A DNA stretch of 63,844 bases, counting the filler, from Chiloscyllium plagiosum (lineage: Eukaryota), in NCBI RefSeq assembly GCF_004010195.1. It is 3 parts of one record of this genome, joined end to end, with 100 filler letters (N's around TTAATTAATTAA, not from the genome) between each part and the next. Parts side by side here need not be neighbours in the genome. Positions count along the whole stretch, not along the records: positions 29,529 to 48,620 come from NC_057716.1; positions 48,721 to 63,844 come from NC_057716.1; 1 more part is not named here. One strand, 5' to 3'. The notes under the pieces were generated by a model, which was not told the origin of the DNA, did no database searches, and saw nothing but the letters and a program-made list of their open reading frames with translations. The position numbers and the translations under genes are program-made. Of the stretch, positions 38,501 through 51,174 are shown one piece after another (positions within the stretch are counted from its first letter, which is position 1; every line of letters starts with the position of its first letter).

Positions 38501-41150
38501 AGGTCATGTTGTGGTTGTACAGGACATTGGTTAGGCCACTGTTTGAATACCACATGCAATTCTGGTCTCCTTTCTATCAGAAAGATGTTGTGAAACTTGA
38601 AAGGGTTCTGAAAAGATTGACAAGTGTGTTGCCAGGGTTGGAGGATTTGAGCTATAGGGAGAGGCTGAACAGGCTGGGGCTGCTTTCCCTATAGAGATTT
38701 ATAAAATTATGAGGGGCATGGATAGGGTAAATAGACAAAGTCCTTTCCCTGGGGTAGGCGAGTCCAGAACTAGAGGGCAGAGGTTTAGGGTGAGAGGGGA
38801 AAGATATAAGAAAGACCTAAGGGGCAACATTTCCCCTAGAGGGTGGTACGTGTACGGAATGAGCTGCCAGAGGATGTGGCGGAGGCTGGTACAATTGCAA
38901 CATTTAAGAGGCATTTGGATTGGTATATGAATAGGAAGGGTTTGGAGGGATATGGGCCGGGTGCTGGCAGGTGGGACTAGATTGGGTTGGGATATCTGGT
39001 TGGCATGGACGGGTTAGACCGAATGGTCTGTTTCCATGTTGTACATCTCTATGATTCTATAACTCTATAATGACTAGATGATGATTAGGGTCAGGATGGA
39101 CAATAGTGAGAAGTTGTGTGTGGAGTCCAAAGAGATAAGGAGAGGCACTAAATAAATATTTTTCACCAGTGTACAAACTGGAAAAAGACAATGTTGAGAT
39201 GCAGGCTATTAGACTGGACAGGATTGAAGTTCATAAGGAGGAGGTGTTTGCAATTCTTGACGCCTGTAATTTTGCCTGTAAGCCAGGAGAAGAAACACGG
39301 CAACGCGGTCAGACTTCCCGAAATGAGGGTGGGGGATGGAACTGTCGGCATTCTTCACAGTGGTGTAGCAGTGGTCTAAAATGTTTGGGCCCCTAATGTT
39401 TTGGTGGTACTTGGGCAACACCTTCCTTAGATTGGTTTGATTGAAGTCGCCAGTTATAATAAATAGTGCCTCAGGCCAGTGGTGTATATGGATTTCAGTA
39501 AGACATTTGATTAGGTTCCCCATGGTAGGCTATTGCAGAAAATACCGAGGTATGGGATTGAGACAGATTTAGCATATTGGTTCATAAATTGGCTAGCTGA
39601 AAGACAACAGAGGATGTTGTTGATGGGAAATGTTCATCCTGGAGTTCAATTTCTGGTGGTATACCACAAGGATCTGTTTTGGGGCCACTGCTGTTTGTCA
39701 TTTTCATTAGTGATCTGGATGAGGGCATAGAGGATGGGTTAGTAAATTGGCAAATGACACTAAGGTCGATGGAGTTGTGGGCAGTGCGGAAGGATATTGC
39801 AGGTTACAGAGGGACATAGATAAGCTGCAGAGCTGGGCGGAGAGATGGCAAATGGATTTTAATGCAGAAAAGTGCGAGGTGATTCACTTAGAAAGTAATA
39901 ACAGGAATAGAGAGTACTGGGCTAATGGTCAGATTCTTAGCAGTATGGATGCACAGGGAGATCTTGGTGACCATGTACATAGATGCCTGAAAGTTGCCAT
40001 CCAGGTTGATAGGGTTGTTAAGGCGGCATACAATATGTTGGCTTTTATTGGTAGAGGGATTGAGTTTAGGAGCCATGAAGTCATGTCGCAGCTATACAAA
40101 ATGCTGGTGTGGCCGCGCTTGGAGTATACAGTTCTGGTCGCTGCCTTGTAGGAAGGATGTGGAAGCACTGGAAAGGGTGCAGAAGAGATATATCAGGATG
40201 TTGCCTGATATGTAAGGGAAGGTCTTATGAGGAAAGGCTAAGGGACTTGAGGCTGTTTTTGTAGGAAAGAAGAAGGTTGAGAGATGACTTCATAGAGACA
40301 AATAAAATGATCAGATGACTAGATAGTATGGACAGTGAGAGCCTTTTTCCTCGGATGGTGCTGGCTAGCACAAGGGGACATAACTTTAAATTGAGATGTG
40401 ACAGATATCAGGTGTAGTTTCTTTACTCAGAGAGTGGCATGGGTGTGGAATGCCCTGTGTGCACAGGAGAAGACTTGCCAACTTTAAATGGTCATTGGTT
40501 AAACATATGGATGATAATGGAATAGTGTAGCTTAGATGGGCTTCAGATTGGGTTTCATTGGCTCTTGATGTTACGCCGACCTAAGGGCTTGTACTGCGCT
40601 GTAATGTTCTATGTTCTATTAAGGAGATAATAGCAGAACATTTGGAAAATTGTAATCTAATCAAGCAGAATCAGCATGGCATTATGAAAGGGATATCATG
40701 TTTGACTAATTAATTACACATCTTCAAGAAGTTTCAACCAGAGGGGACAGAGGAGAATGGCTATCCGTGTTGTACTGGATCTTCCAGAAGGTGCTCACAA
40801 CGTATCTCGCAAAGGGTTAAAGCATAAGAGAAAAGCCCCCAGTGTTGAAGGTAGTATATTGGTATGGATAGAGAATTGGCTCATGGGTAGAAAACACTGA
40901 GTGGGGATAAGGGGCTCTCTATCAGGTCGACAACCCATGACCAGTGGGGTTCCATAGGGTTCAGTGCTGGGACCACAACTGTTTGCAATGTAGAAAAATG
41001 ATTTGGTGGAAATAGTGGATATCCCGTAGCCAAATTTGCAGATGTCACAAAAATAGGTGGAAAGATACGTTGCAAAAGAAATACAACCAGTTTACAAAGA
41101 TGGATTACATAAATGGGCAAAAAGTTGGCAAATGAAGTATAATGTGGGTA
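35535..41150 (+). mobile_element. Head-to-tail cluster of several truncated CR1 LINEs of different subfamilies
   Basis: Successive RT-to-tail units ending near 37850, 39065 and 40620, each with PQGSVLG/FADD-type motifs and microsatellite tails. Confidence 0.85.
39268..39478 (-). mobile_element. Rex1/Babar-type LINE endonuclease fragment
   Basis: EALFIITGDFNQTNLRKVLPKYHQ..RGPNILDHCYTTVKNA..PHFGKSD; APE motifs GDFN, LDH, SD(H). Confidence 0.72.
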
Positions 41151-41292
41151 AGTAATAATAAAATACAGAACAGGAAGAGGCCCTTTAGCCCACCAAGCCT
41201 GCACCGATTCTTAGGCCTTATTTAGACCTGCTTCTTATTGCACATACGTGGGTTCTATTTCTCTGTTTGCCTCCCATTCATGTGTCTATCCA

Positions 41293-41604
41293 AGGCATGG
41301 TGGCTCAGTGGTTAGCACTGCTGCCTCACAGCACCAGGGACCTGGGTTCAATTCCTGCCTCAGGCAACTGTCTGTGTGGAGTTTGCACATTCTCCCAGTG
41401 TCTGCGTGGATTTCCTCCGGGTGTTCCAGTTTCCTCCCACAATCCAAAGTTGCGCAGGTTAGGTGAATTGGTCATGCTAAATTGCCCATAGTGTTAGGTG
41501 CATTAGTCAGAGAAAAATGGGTCTGGTGGGTTGCTCTTCGGAGGGTCGGTGCGGACTGGTTGGGCCAAAGGGTCTGTTTCCACACCGTAGGAAATATAAT
41601 CTAT
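41293..41604 (+). mobile_element. HE1-like SINE (older variant)
   Basis: tRNA-like head, central block and GGGCC-AAGGG tail. Confidence 0.85.
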
Positions 41605-43235
41605 TGAGATAAGCCTTAAAATGCTGATAATATGTCTACTTCCAACCACCTCCACTGGCAGTGTGCTCCAGTCATCCACTAACCTGTGTGAAAAATATTC
41701 CCCTACCTCACCTTGAGCCTGTGCCCTTATGTAGTTAACCTTTCCATTTTACTATCTATCCTATCTATGCTTCTCAATTTTATAGACCCCTTATTAGTTC
41801 GTCCCCACTGCCTCCACCTTTCCACCTGAAACAGCTTATCCAACCTCTCATAACTAAAACTTTCCAGACTGGGCAACATTCTGGTAAAAAACATTCTGGT
41901 ACGCCTTGTCTATACCCTCTTCAAAGCATCCGTGGTCTTCTGCTAGTGTGGCGACAGAATTGTATGTAATATTACAAATGTGGCTTAACTAAAGTTTATA
42001 TTGCTGTAAAATAACTTGTCATATTTTATATCTTGACGGCCTGGCCTGTGAAAGCAAGCGTGTTGCCACCTGTGCTACCACTTCTAGGGATCTGTGGACC
42101 GGTACACTCAGGACCATTGACATACAGACGGAATTAAGGGTTCTACCATTTATTGCATAATTCACACCTAACTTTGTGAAGTTGGGAAGTGAGAACATTC
42201 AAATGGAGAAAAAAACTACAGAAAGTTGCAATACAAAGGGACCCGGAAGTACTTGTGCACAGAACACAAAGCGAATATACAGACAAAACGAGTATCAGCA
42301 AGTCTAATAGAAATTGGCCCTCAAGTGGGTTAGAGTAGAAGACTAGTGAAGTCTTACTGTAACCACACAAAGTGATATTGAGACCATACCTTAGGTCTCT
42401 TTTACATTGGTTAGGCCACTTTTGGAATATTGCACTCATTTCTGGTCTTCTTCCTATCAGGAGATATGAAACTTGAAAGAGTTCAGAAAAGATTTAAAGA
42501 ATGTTGCCAGGGTTGGAGGATTGGAGCTATAGGGCATCCTCAACGAATTCTAATAAATCTGTCATGCATGATTTTCCCTTCCTGAAGTCATGTTGACTCT
42601 TCTTGATCATATTATGTATTTCTAAGTGTTACATCCCTTACAACAGACAAAGAAAATTCCCAATCACAGCCAATCTGTGTTTTTTTTTCTCCACTTTTTT
42701 AATAAATGTGGTACATTTTCAGAGGATTGAAAATTTGCCACTTTTCCAGAAGCTAAGGATTCCTAGAAGATTATTACCAGTGCATCCACTACCTTTGTAC
42801 CTACTTTCTTTAATATCTTGGGATGCATCTCATTAGGTTCATGGGACATACTAGTCTTTAGTCCCAATAGATTCCCCAAGCACTTTTTCTCTAATGATAA
42901 TTATTGCATTTATTCCCTCCTCTCCTTTTGCATGCTGAATATTTAATAATTTTGGAATGCTTTAGAGTCAGTCATGCAGCATAGAAACAGACCCTTTGGT
43001 CCAACTAGTCCATGCTGACCATGTTCCCAAACTAAACTAGTCCTACCCACCTGCGCTTGGCCCATATCCCTCCAAACCTTGCCTATTCATATACTTATCC
43101 AAATGTCTTTTAAATGCTGTAACCATATCTGCATCCACACTTTCTCTGGCTGTTCATTCCAAAGCACGCTAAGTAAAAAAAGTTGCCCCTCAAGCCCCTT
43201 TTTAAATCTTTGCCCTCTCACCTTAAAAATATGCC

Positions 43236-43470
43236 TGGTGAAAACCAAGAAAACGGTGGATACCTGTAAATCAAAAACAAAAAACAGAAATTGCTGGAAA
43301 AGCTCACTAGGTCTGGAAGCATCTGTGGAAGAAATCAGCATTAACTTTTTGGGTCAAGTGACCCTTTCTCAGTTTTGAGGAAGGGTCACTCGACCCAAAG
43401 AGTCAACTCTGATTTCTCTACACAGACACTGCCAGATCTGCTGAGCTTTGCCAGCAGTTTCTGTTTTTGT
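43236..43470. mobile_element. Fold-back mini-element of a third PLE-like family (C)
   Basis: Inverted arms centred near 43372 with degenerate TGAGGAAGGGTCACTCGACCC core. TSD TTAAAAATA(T/C)GCC at 43223-43235 and 43471-43483. Single arms also occur at about 14422-14515 and 59450-59548. Confidence 0.72.
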
Positions 43471-44629
43471 TTAAAAATACGCCGCCTAGTTTTGAGCTCC
43501 CCACTCTAGGGAAAAGGACTTTGTCATTCAACTTATATATGCCTCTATAATTTTATCAACGTCAATAAAGTCACCTTTCAATCTCCTACACTTCAGTGAA
43601 AGAAGTCAGAGCTTTTCCAGTCTATTCCTATTATCTCAAGCCCTCCATTCCCAGCAACGTCACAAAAATCTTTTCTAACCCCTCTCCAGTTTAATAACGT
43701 AATTTTGATAATAGGGAAACCTGTGAAGATTGATGTAGAGTATTTATTCAACTATGCTGTCAATTCCTGGATCCCCATTATTTACCACCTCTTTCTTGAA
43801 GGTGCCTGCATTAACTTTAACCTTAGAAGAAGTTTAAAGAAGCTCTTACCATCCTTCTTGATATTGAGAGTTTACCTTTTAAGGTTTATCTTCTCCTTTT
43901 TTCTTAGTCCTCTTTTGTTGCTTTTAAAACTTTCCCAAACCCCTGGCTTACCACCACTCTTTGCCACACTGAATGGTTATTCTCTCAATTTGATGCTATC
44001 CTTTACTTCCTCTTTCCAGAAGCCTTTTTCCTCACTAGGTTGGATCTTTGCTGAGAGTCACAAACTATTTCATAAACAACTGCTCTTGCTCAATTATCTT
44101 TGCTGCTAAACACTTTTCCCAGTCCATTTCATAATACCACAAGGCCATAAAAAAAGGTGCAAATTAGATCATTCGGCACATTGCCTCTGCTCTGCCATTT
44201 GATCATAACTGACATGTTTCTCAACCCCATCCTCTTGCCTTATTCCTGTGACCTTGATCTTCTTACTAATCAAGAACTTCTCGGTCTTAAAGGCAATCAG
44301 TGACTTGGCCTCAACAGCCTTCTGTGGCAGTGAGCTCCACCTTCTAGCTGAAGAAATCCCTTCTCATCTCAGTTCTAAAGGTTATCCCTTCACTTTGAGG
44401 CTGTGTCCTCAGGTCTTAGTCTCTCTTATTATTGAAAACATCTTCTCCACGTCCACTCATTTCAGGTCTCTCAGCATTCACTAAGTTTCAGTTAGATTCC
44501 CCTCATTCTTCTAAACTCTCTACAGAACAGACACAGAGACTTTAACCTTTTTTCATATGACAAACCAATCATTCTTGTGAACCATTTCTGGAACCTGTCC
44601 AAAATCAGAACATCCTTCCTTATAATCAA

Positions 44630-46355
44630 GTCCCAAAACCACAGAAAATGGGGGAGATACTAAATGAATATTTTGCATCAGTATTTACTGTGGAAAAGGA
44701 TATGGAAGATATAGACTGTAGGGAAATAGATGGTGACATCTTGCAAAATGTCCAGATTACAGAGGAGGAAGTGCTGGATGCCTTGAAACAGTTAAAGGTG
44801 GATAAATCCCCAGGACCTGATCGGGTGCACCAGAGAACTCTATGGGAAGCTAGAGAAGTGATTGCTGGGCCTCTTGCTGAGATATTTGTATCATCGATAG
44901 TCACAGGTGAGGTGCCGGAAGACTGGAGGTTGGCTAACGTGGTGCCACTGTTTAAGAAGGGCGGTAAAGACAAGCCAGGGAACTATAGACCGATGAGCCT
45001 GACCTCGGTGGTGGGCAAGTTGTTGGAGGGAATCCGAAGGGACAGGATGTATATGTATTTGGAAAGGCAAGGACTGATTAGGGTAGTCAACATGGCTTTG
45101 TGGGTGGGAAATCATGTCTCACAAACTTGATTGAGTTTTTTGAAGAAGCAACAAAGAAGATTGATGAAGAAGGGCTCATGCCCAAAACCGTGTGGGCGGC
45201 ACGGTGGCACAGTGGTTAGCACAGCTGCCTCACAGTGCCAGAGACCCGGGTTCAATTCCCGCCTCAGGCGACTGACTGTGTGGAGTTTGCACATTCTCCC
45301 CGTGTCTACGTGGGTTTCCTCCGGGTGCTCCGGTTTCCTCCCACAGTCCAAAGATGTGCAGGTCAGGTAAATTGGCCATGCTAAATTGCGCGTAGTGTTA
45401 GGTAAGGGGTAAATGTAGGGGTATGGGTGGGTCGGCCTGGACTTGTTGGGCCGAAGGGCCTGTTTCCACACTGTAAGTAATCTAAAAAAAAATTACAACA
45501 GCATCTGGACCAGATGAGCCAATGGGCAGAGAAGTGGCAGGTAGAGTTTAATTCAGATAAATGCGAGGTGCTGCATTTTGGGAAAGCAAATCTTAGCAGG
45601 ACTTATACACTTAATGGTAAGGTCCTAGGGAGTGTTACTAAACAAAGAGATCTTGGAGTGCAGGTTCATAGATCCTTGAAAGTGGAGTCGCAGGTAGATA
45701 GGATAGTGAAGGCGGCATTTGGTATGCTATCCTTTATTGGCCAGAGTATTGAGTACAGGAGTTGGGAGGTCATGTTGCGGCTGTACAGGACATTGGTTAG
45801 GCCACTGTTGGAATATTGCGTGCAATTCTGGTCTCATTCCTATCGGAAAGATGTTGTGAAACTTGAAAGGGATCAGAAAAAATTTACAAGGATGTTGCCA
45901 GAGTTGGAGGTTCTGAGCTACAGAGAGAGGCTGAACAGGCTGGGGCTGTTTTCCCTGGAGCGTCGGAGGCTGAGGGGTGACCTTATAGAGGTTTATAAAA
46001 TTATGAGGGGCATAGATAGGATAAATAGACAAAGTCTTTTCCCTGGGGTCAGGGAGTCCAGAACTAGAGGGCATAGGTTTAGGGTGAGAGGGGAAGATAT
46101 AAAGGAGACCTAAGGGGCAACTTTTTCACACAGAGGAAGGTACGTGTGTGGAATGAGCTGCCAGAAGATGTGGAGGAGGCTGGTACAATTGCAACACTTA
46201 AGAGGCATTTGGATGGGTATATGAATAGGAAGGGTTTGGAGGGATATGGGCCGGGTACTGGCAAGTGGGATTAGATTGGGTTGGGATATCTGGTTGGCAT
46301 GGACGGGTTGGACCAAATGGTCTATTTCCATGCTGTACATCTCTGTGACTCTATA
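44630..46355 (+). mobile_element. CR1/HER1-type LINE ORF2, interrupted by an HE1-like SINE at 45190-45492
   Basis: LNEYFASVFT..KSPGPD..GNYRPMSLTS, then WAEKWQVEFNSDKCEVLHFG to the tail. Confidence 0.92.
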
Positions 46356-46759
46356 ACTTGTCAGAGCATTACATAACCTTAGCAATGTACCCTAACCCCC
46401 TTGAAGTGAATTCCAACTTTGCATGTCTTCATAAATGCCAACTGAACTTGCATTTTAACCTTAAGAGAATCCTGAACCAGGACTACTAAGTACCTCTGTG
46501 CTTCTGATTTCTGAAGTCTTTCTCCATTTTGAAAACAATTTATGCCTCTATTCTTCCTAACAATTGCAGTGCCTCACACTTTCCCACACTGTATTCCATC
46601 TGCTGCTATCCTAGTCTGTCTAAATCTGTCTGCAGCCTCCCCTTCTTCACAACACGACCTGTCCCTCCACATTTCTTTGTGTCAGTTGCAAACTTAGTAA
46701 CAATGGTCTCAGTTCGTTCATCCTGATAATTAATGTACAACGTGAATACATGTGGTCCA

Positions 46760-48014
46760 GCGAGTTTTGAGAAGGTTTGTAGCTCAGGTTGAGGTTGTGG
46801 ATGTACTGAGCTGGAAGGTTCATTTCCAGAAGTTTTGTTACCCTATTAGGTAACATCTTCAGTGCGCCTCAGGCAAAGCAATGCTGAAATTTCCTGCTTT
46901 CTGTTTTTTTGTTTGTGTTTCTTTGGGTTGGTGACATCATTTCCTGTGGTGATGCTATTTCCTGTGAAGTCACTTCCTGTTCCTTTTCTCAGGGGGTGGT
47001 AGATGGGGTCTAACTCAATGTGTTTGTTGGTAGACTTCTGGTTGGAATGCCATGCTTCTAGGAATTCTCATGCATGTCTTTGTTTGGCTTGGCCTAGGAT
47101 GGATGTGTTTTCCCAGTCGAAGTAGTGTCCTTCCTCCTCAGTGTGTGAGGATACTCGTGAGAGAGGGTCATGTCTTTTTGTGGCTAGTTGGTGTTCATGT
47201 TTCCTGGTGGCTAGTTTTCTGTCTGTTTGTTACAGTCCTTGCACTAATGTATTTTGTAAATGACATTAGTTTTGTTTGATATCTGTATAGGGTCTTTCAA
47301 GTTCATTGGCTGCTGTTTTAGTGTGTTGGTGGGTTTGTGGGCTACCATAATGCCAAGGGGTCGGAATAGTCTGGCAGTCATTTCTGAATGTCGTTGATGT
47401 AAGAGAGAGTGGCCAGGGTTTCTGGACGTGCTTTGTTTGCTTGCTTTGGTTTATTGCTGAGAAAAATCGGCGAAAAGACCCTATACAGACAACGAGCAAA
47501 ACTAATGTCATTTACAAAATACTGTGCAAGGACTGTAACAAACACTACATTGGACAAACAGGCAGAAAACTAGCCACCAGGATATATGAACACCAACTAG
47601 CCACCAGGATATATGAACACCAACGAGCCACAAAAAGACATGACCCTCTCTCACTAGTATCTTCACATACAGATGAGAAAGGACACCACTTCGACTGGGA
47701 AAACACATCCATCCTAGGACAAGCCAAACAAAGACATGCATGAGAATTCCTGGAAGCATGGCATTCCAACCGGAACTCTCTCAACAAACATATCGAGTTA
47801 GACCCCATCTACCATCTTCTGAGAAAAAGAACAGGAAGTGACTTCACCACAGGAAATAACATCACTACAGGAAATGACATCACCAACCCAAAGAAACCCA
47901 AACATATAATTTGCAGGACTGTTTTGCCTGAGGACCACTGAAGATGTTACCTAGTAGGGTAACAAAACGTCTGGAATTGAACCTTTCAGCTCAGCGAGCA
48001 AACCTACATCCAAA
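46760..48014. mobile_element. PLE family B insertion: two inverted 3' halves, each with a GIY-YIG remnant
   Basis: Plus arm NVIYKILCKDCNKHYIGQTGRKLATRIYEH; minus arm is homologous. 12-bp TSD ACATGTGGTCCA at 46748-46759 and 48015-48026 inside a CR1. Confidence 0.88.
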
Positions 48015-48237
48015 ACATGTGGTCCAATACTGACCACTGCGGAATTTCACTTGTCACTGGCTGCCTGAAAAAGACCCCTTTAATCTTACTCTCTACCTTC
48101 TACCAGTCAGCTAATCCTCTATCCATGCCAGTAACTTGCCCCTGATACTAATGGGCTCCTACCTTATTTTAAAGTCACAATGCAGTACCTTGTCTAAAGC
48201 CTTCTGGAAATCCAAACATGTCCACTGGCTCTCCTTT

Positions 48238-48620
48238 GAGGAGAATATGAGGTCTGCAGATGCTGGAGATTAGAGCTGGAAATGTGTTGCTGGAAAAGCG
48301 CAGCAGGTCAGGCAGCATCCAGGGAACAGGAGAATCGACGTTTCGGGCATAAGCCCTTCTTCAGGAATGAGGAAAGTTTGTCCAGCAGGCTAAGATAAAA
48401 GGTAGGGAGGAGGGACTTGGGGGAGGGGCGTCGGAAATGTGATAGGTGGAAAGAGGTCAAGGTGAGGGTGATAGGACAGATTGGGGTTGGGGCGGAGAGG
48501 TCAGGAAGACGATTGCAGGTTAGGAAGGCGGTGCTGAATTCGATGGATTTGACTGAGACAAGGTGGGAGGAGGGGAAATGAGGAAAATGGTGAAATCCGA
48601 GTTCATCCCTTGTGGTTAGA
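48238..48620 (-). mobile_element. PLE family A 3' end running into a gap
   Basis: Reverse complement of the terminal unit plus purine-rich 3' region homologous to 55230-55610. Confidence 0.78.
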
Positions 48621-48720
48621 NNNNNNNNNNNNNNNNNNNNNNNNNNNNNNNNNNNNNNNNNNNNTTAATTAATTAANNNNNNNNNNNNNNNNNNNNNNNN
48701 NNNNNNNNNNNNNNNNNNNN
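48621..48720. other. Assembly gap with artificial TTAATTAATTAA linker
   Basis: 44 N + 12 nt + 44 N. Confidence 0.95.
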
Positions 48721-49490
48721 TCAGTGTGAGGTGATTCACTTTGGGAAGAATAACAAAAAGATGGGGTACTGGGCTAATGGTCGGATACTTGGTAGTGTGG
48801 ATGAGCAGAGGGATCTTGGTGTCCATGTACACAGATCTCTGAAAGTTGCCACCCAGGTAAATAGTGCGGTGAGGAAGGCATATGGCGTACTGGCTTTTAT
48901 TGGTAGAGGAATTGAGTTCCGGAGTCCTGAGGTCATGATGCAGTTGTATAAGACTCTGGTGCGGCCGCATCTGGAATATTGTGTGCAGTTTTGGTCGCCA
49001 TACTATAGGAAGGATGTGGAGGCACTGGAACGGGTGCAGAGGAGGTTTACCAGGATGTTGCCTGGTATGGAAGGAAGATCGTATGAGGAAAGATTGAGAC
49101 ACTTGGGGCTGTTTTCATTAGAGAAAAGAAGTTTTAGGGGTGACTTGATTGAGGTGTACAAGATGATTAGGGGGTTAGATAGGGTTGACAGTGTGAACCT
49201 TTTCCCGCGTATGGAGTCGGGTATTACAAGGGGGCATAGCTTTAAATTAAGGGGGGGGGGTAGATATAGGACTGAAGTTAGGGGTAGGTTCTTCACCCAG
49301 CGAGTCGTAAGTTCATGGAATGCCCTGCCAGTAGCAGTGGTGGACTCTCCCACTTTATGGGCATTTAAGCGGGCATTGGATAGGTATATGGAGGATAGTG
49401 GGTTAGTGTAGGTTAGGTGGGCTTGGATCGGCGCAACATCGAGGGCCAAAGGGCCTGTACTGCGCTGTATTCTTCTATGTTCTATGTTCT
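48721..49490 (+). mobile_element. Young CR1 LINE 3' end with uninterrupted 226-aa frame
   Basis: ORF 48731-49411 is open to the stop; (CTATGTT)n tail. Confidence 0.92.
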
Positions 49491-51020
49491 ATCCTTCCTA
49501 TAATGCGGTGACCAGAACTGTACACAATATTCCAAGTGCAGCTGTTTGTGGACGTGACCTCGTTTTTCCGAAACTCAATCCCTTCACCAATAGAACCTAG
49601 TACACCATATGCATACTTAACAATCCTATCAGTCTGGGTGGCAACTTTCAGGATTCTATGTTCATGGTCAATGAGATCTCTCTGCTCATCAACATTGCCA
49701 AGAATCTTACCATTAGCCCAGTACTCTTTATTCCTGTTGCTCCATCCAAACTGAATCAACTCACACTTTTCTACATTAAACTCCATTTGCCACCTCTCAG
49801 CCCAAGTGTGCAGCTTATCTATGTCCTTCTATAACCTGCAACATCCTTCAGCACTGTCCAAAACTCCACCAGCCTTAGTGTCATCCACAAATTTACTAAC
49901 CCATCTTTCTAAGCCCTCATCCAGGTCATTTATAAAAATGACAAACGGCAGTGGCCCCAAAACAGATCCTTGTGGTACACCATCGTAATTGAACTCCAGA
50001 ATGAAGATTTCTTATCAACTACCACCCTCAGTGTTCTTTCAGCTAGCCAACTTCTGATCCAAACCACTAAATCACCCTCAATTCCATGCCTCCGTATTTT
50101 GTGCAACAGCCTAGCATGGGGAACCTTATCAGGTGCCTCACTGAAATCCACATGCACCACATCAATTGCTTTACCCTCATCCACCTGTTTGGTCACCTTC
50201 TCAAAGAACTCAGTAAGGTTTGTGAGATACAACTTACCATTCACAAAGCCGTGTTGACTATCCCTAATCAAATTGTTACTTTCTAGATGATTATAAATCC
50301 TATCTCTTATGATACTTTCGAACATTTTACCCACAACCAAACTAAGGCTCACTGGTCTATAATTACCAGGGTTGTCTCTATTCCCCAAATTGAACAAGGG
50401 GACAACATTTGCTATCCTCCAGTCTTCTGGCACTATTCCTGTAGACAATGATGACATAAAGATCATAAGCGAAACGCTCTGCAATCTACCCCCGGCTTCC
50501 CAGAGAATCCTAGGTAAATGCCATCTGGCCCAGGGGACTTATCTATTTTCATACTTTCTAGAATTGCTAACACCATCTAGTCTGATATCCTGTATCTCAG
50601 TATTCTCCTCGATAACATTGTCTTTTTCCAGTATGAATATTGACGAAAAATATTCATTTAGCACTTCTCTTATCTCCTTGGACTCCATGCATAACTTCCC
50701 ACCACTGTCCCTAACTTGTCCTAATCTTGTTCTAGTTATTTTTTTATTCCTGATATACCTCGGACTCCACGCCCAACTTCCCACCACTGTCCCTGACTGG
50801 TCCTAATCTTGTTCTAGTCATTCTTTTATTCCTGATATACCTATAGAATGCTTTCAGGTTTTCCTTGATCCTATCTGTCAACAACTTCTCATGTCCCCTC
50901 CTGGTTCTTCTTACTTCTCTCTTTAGGTCTTTCCTGACTAACGTGTAACTCTCAAACGCACTAACTGAGCATTAACATTTCATCCTAACATAAGCCTTCA
51001 TCTTCCTCTTGACAAGAGAA
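49491..51020 (-). mobile_element. CR1 LINE ORF2 fragment
   Basis: VPEDWRIANVVPLF..PGNYRPVSL..DSQHGF. Confidence 0.88.
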
Positions 51021-51174
51021 ATGTGAGAAATTTAGAGTAATGTGAGAAAGTTTGGGTCTCATACTTCAGGAAATATCTATTGACCCTGGAGCAGAAGAGG
51101 TCCACGAGAATGCTTCCAGCAACGAAAGGCTTAATGTATGAGGAACATTTGAGAAATTGATGGAGTTTAGAAGG

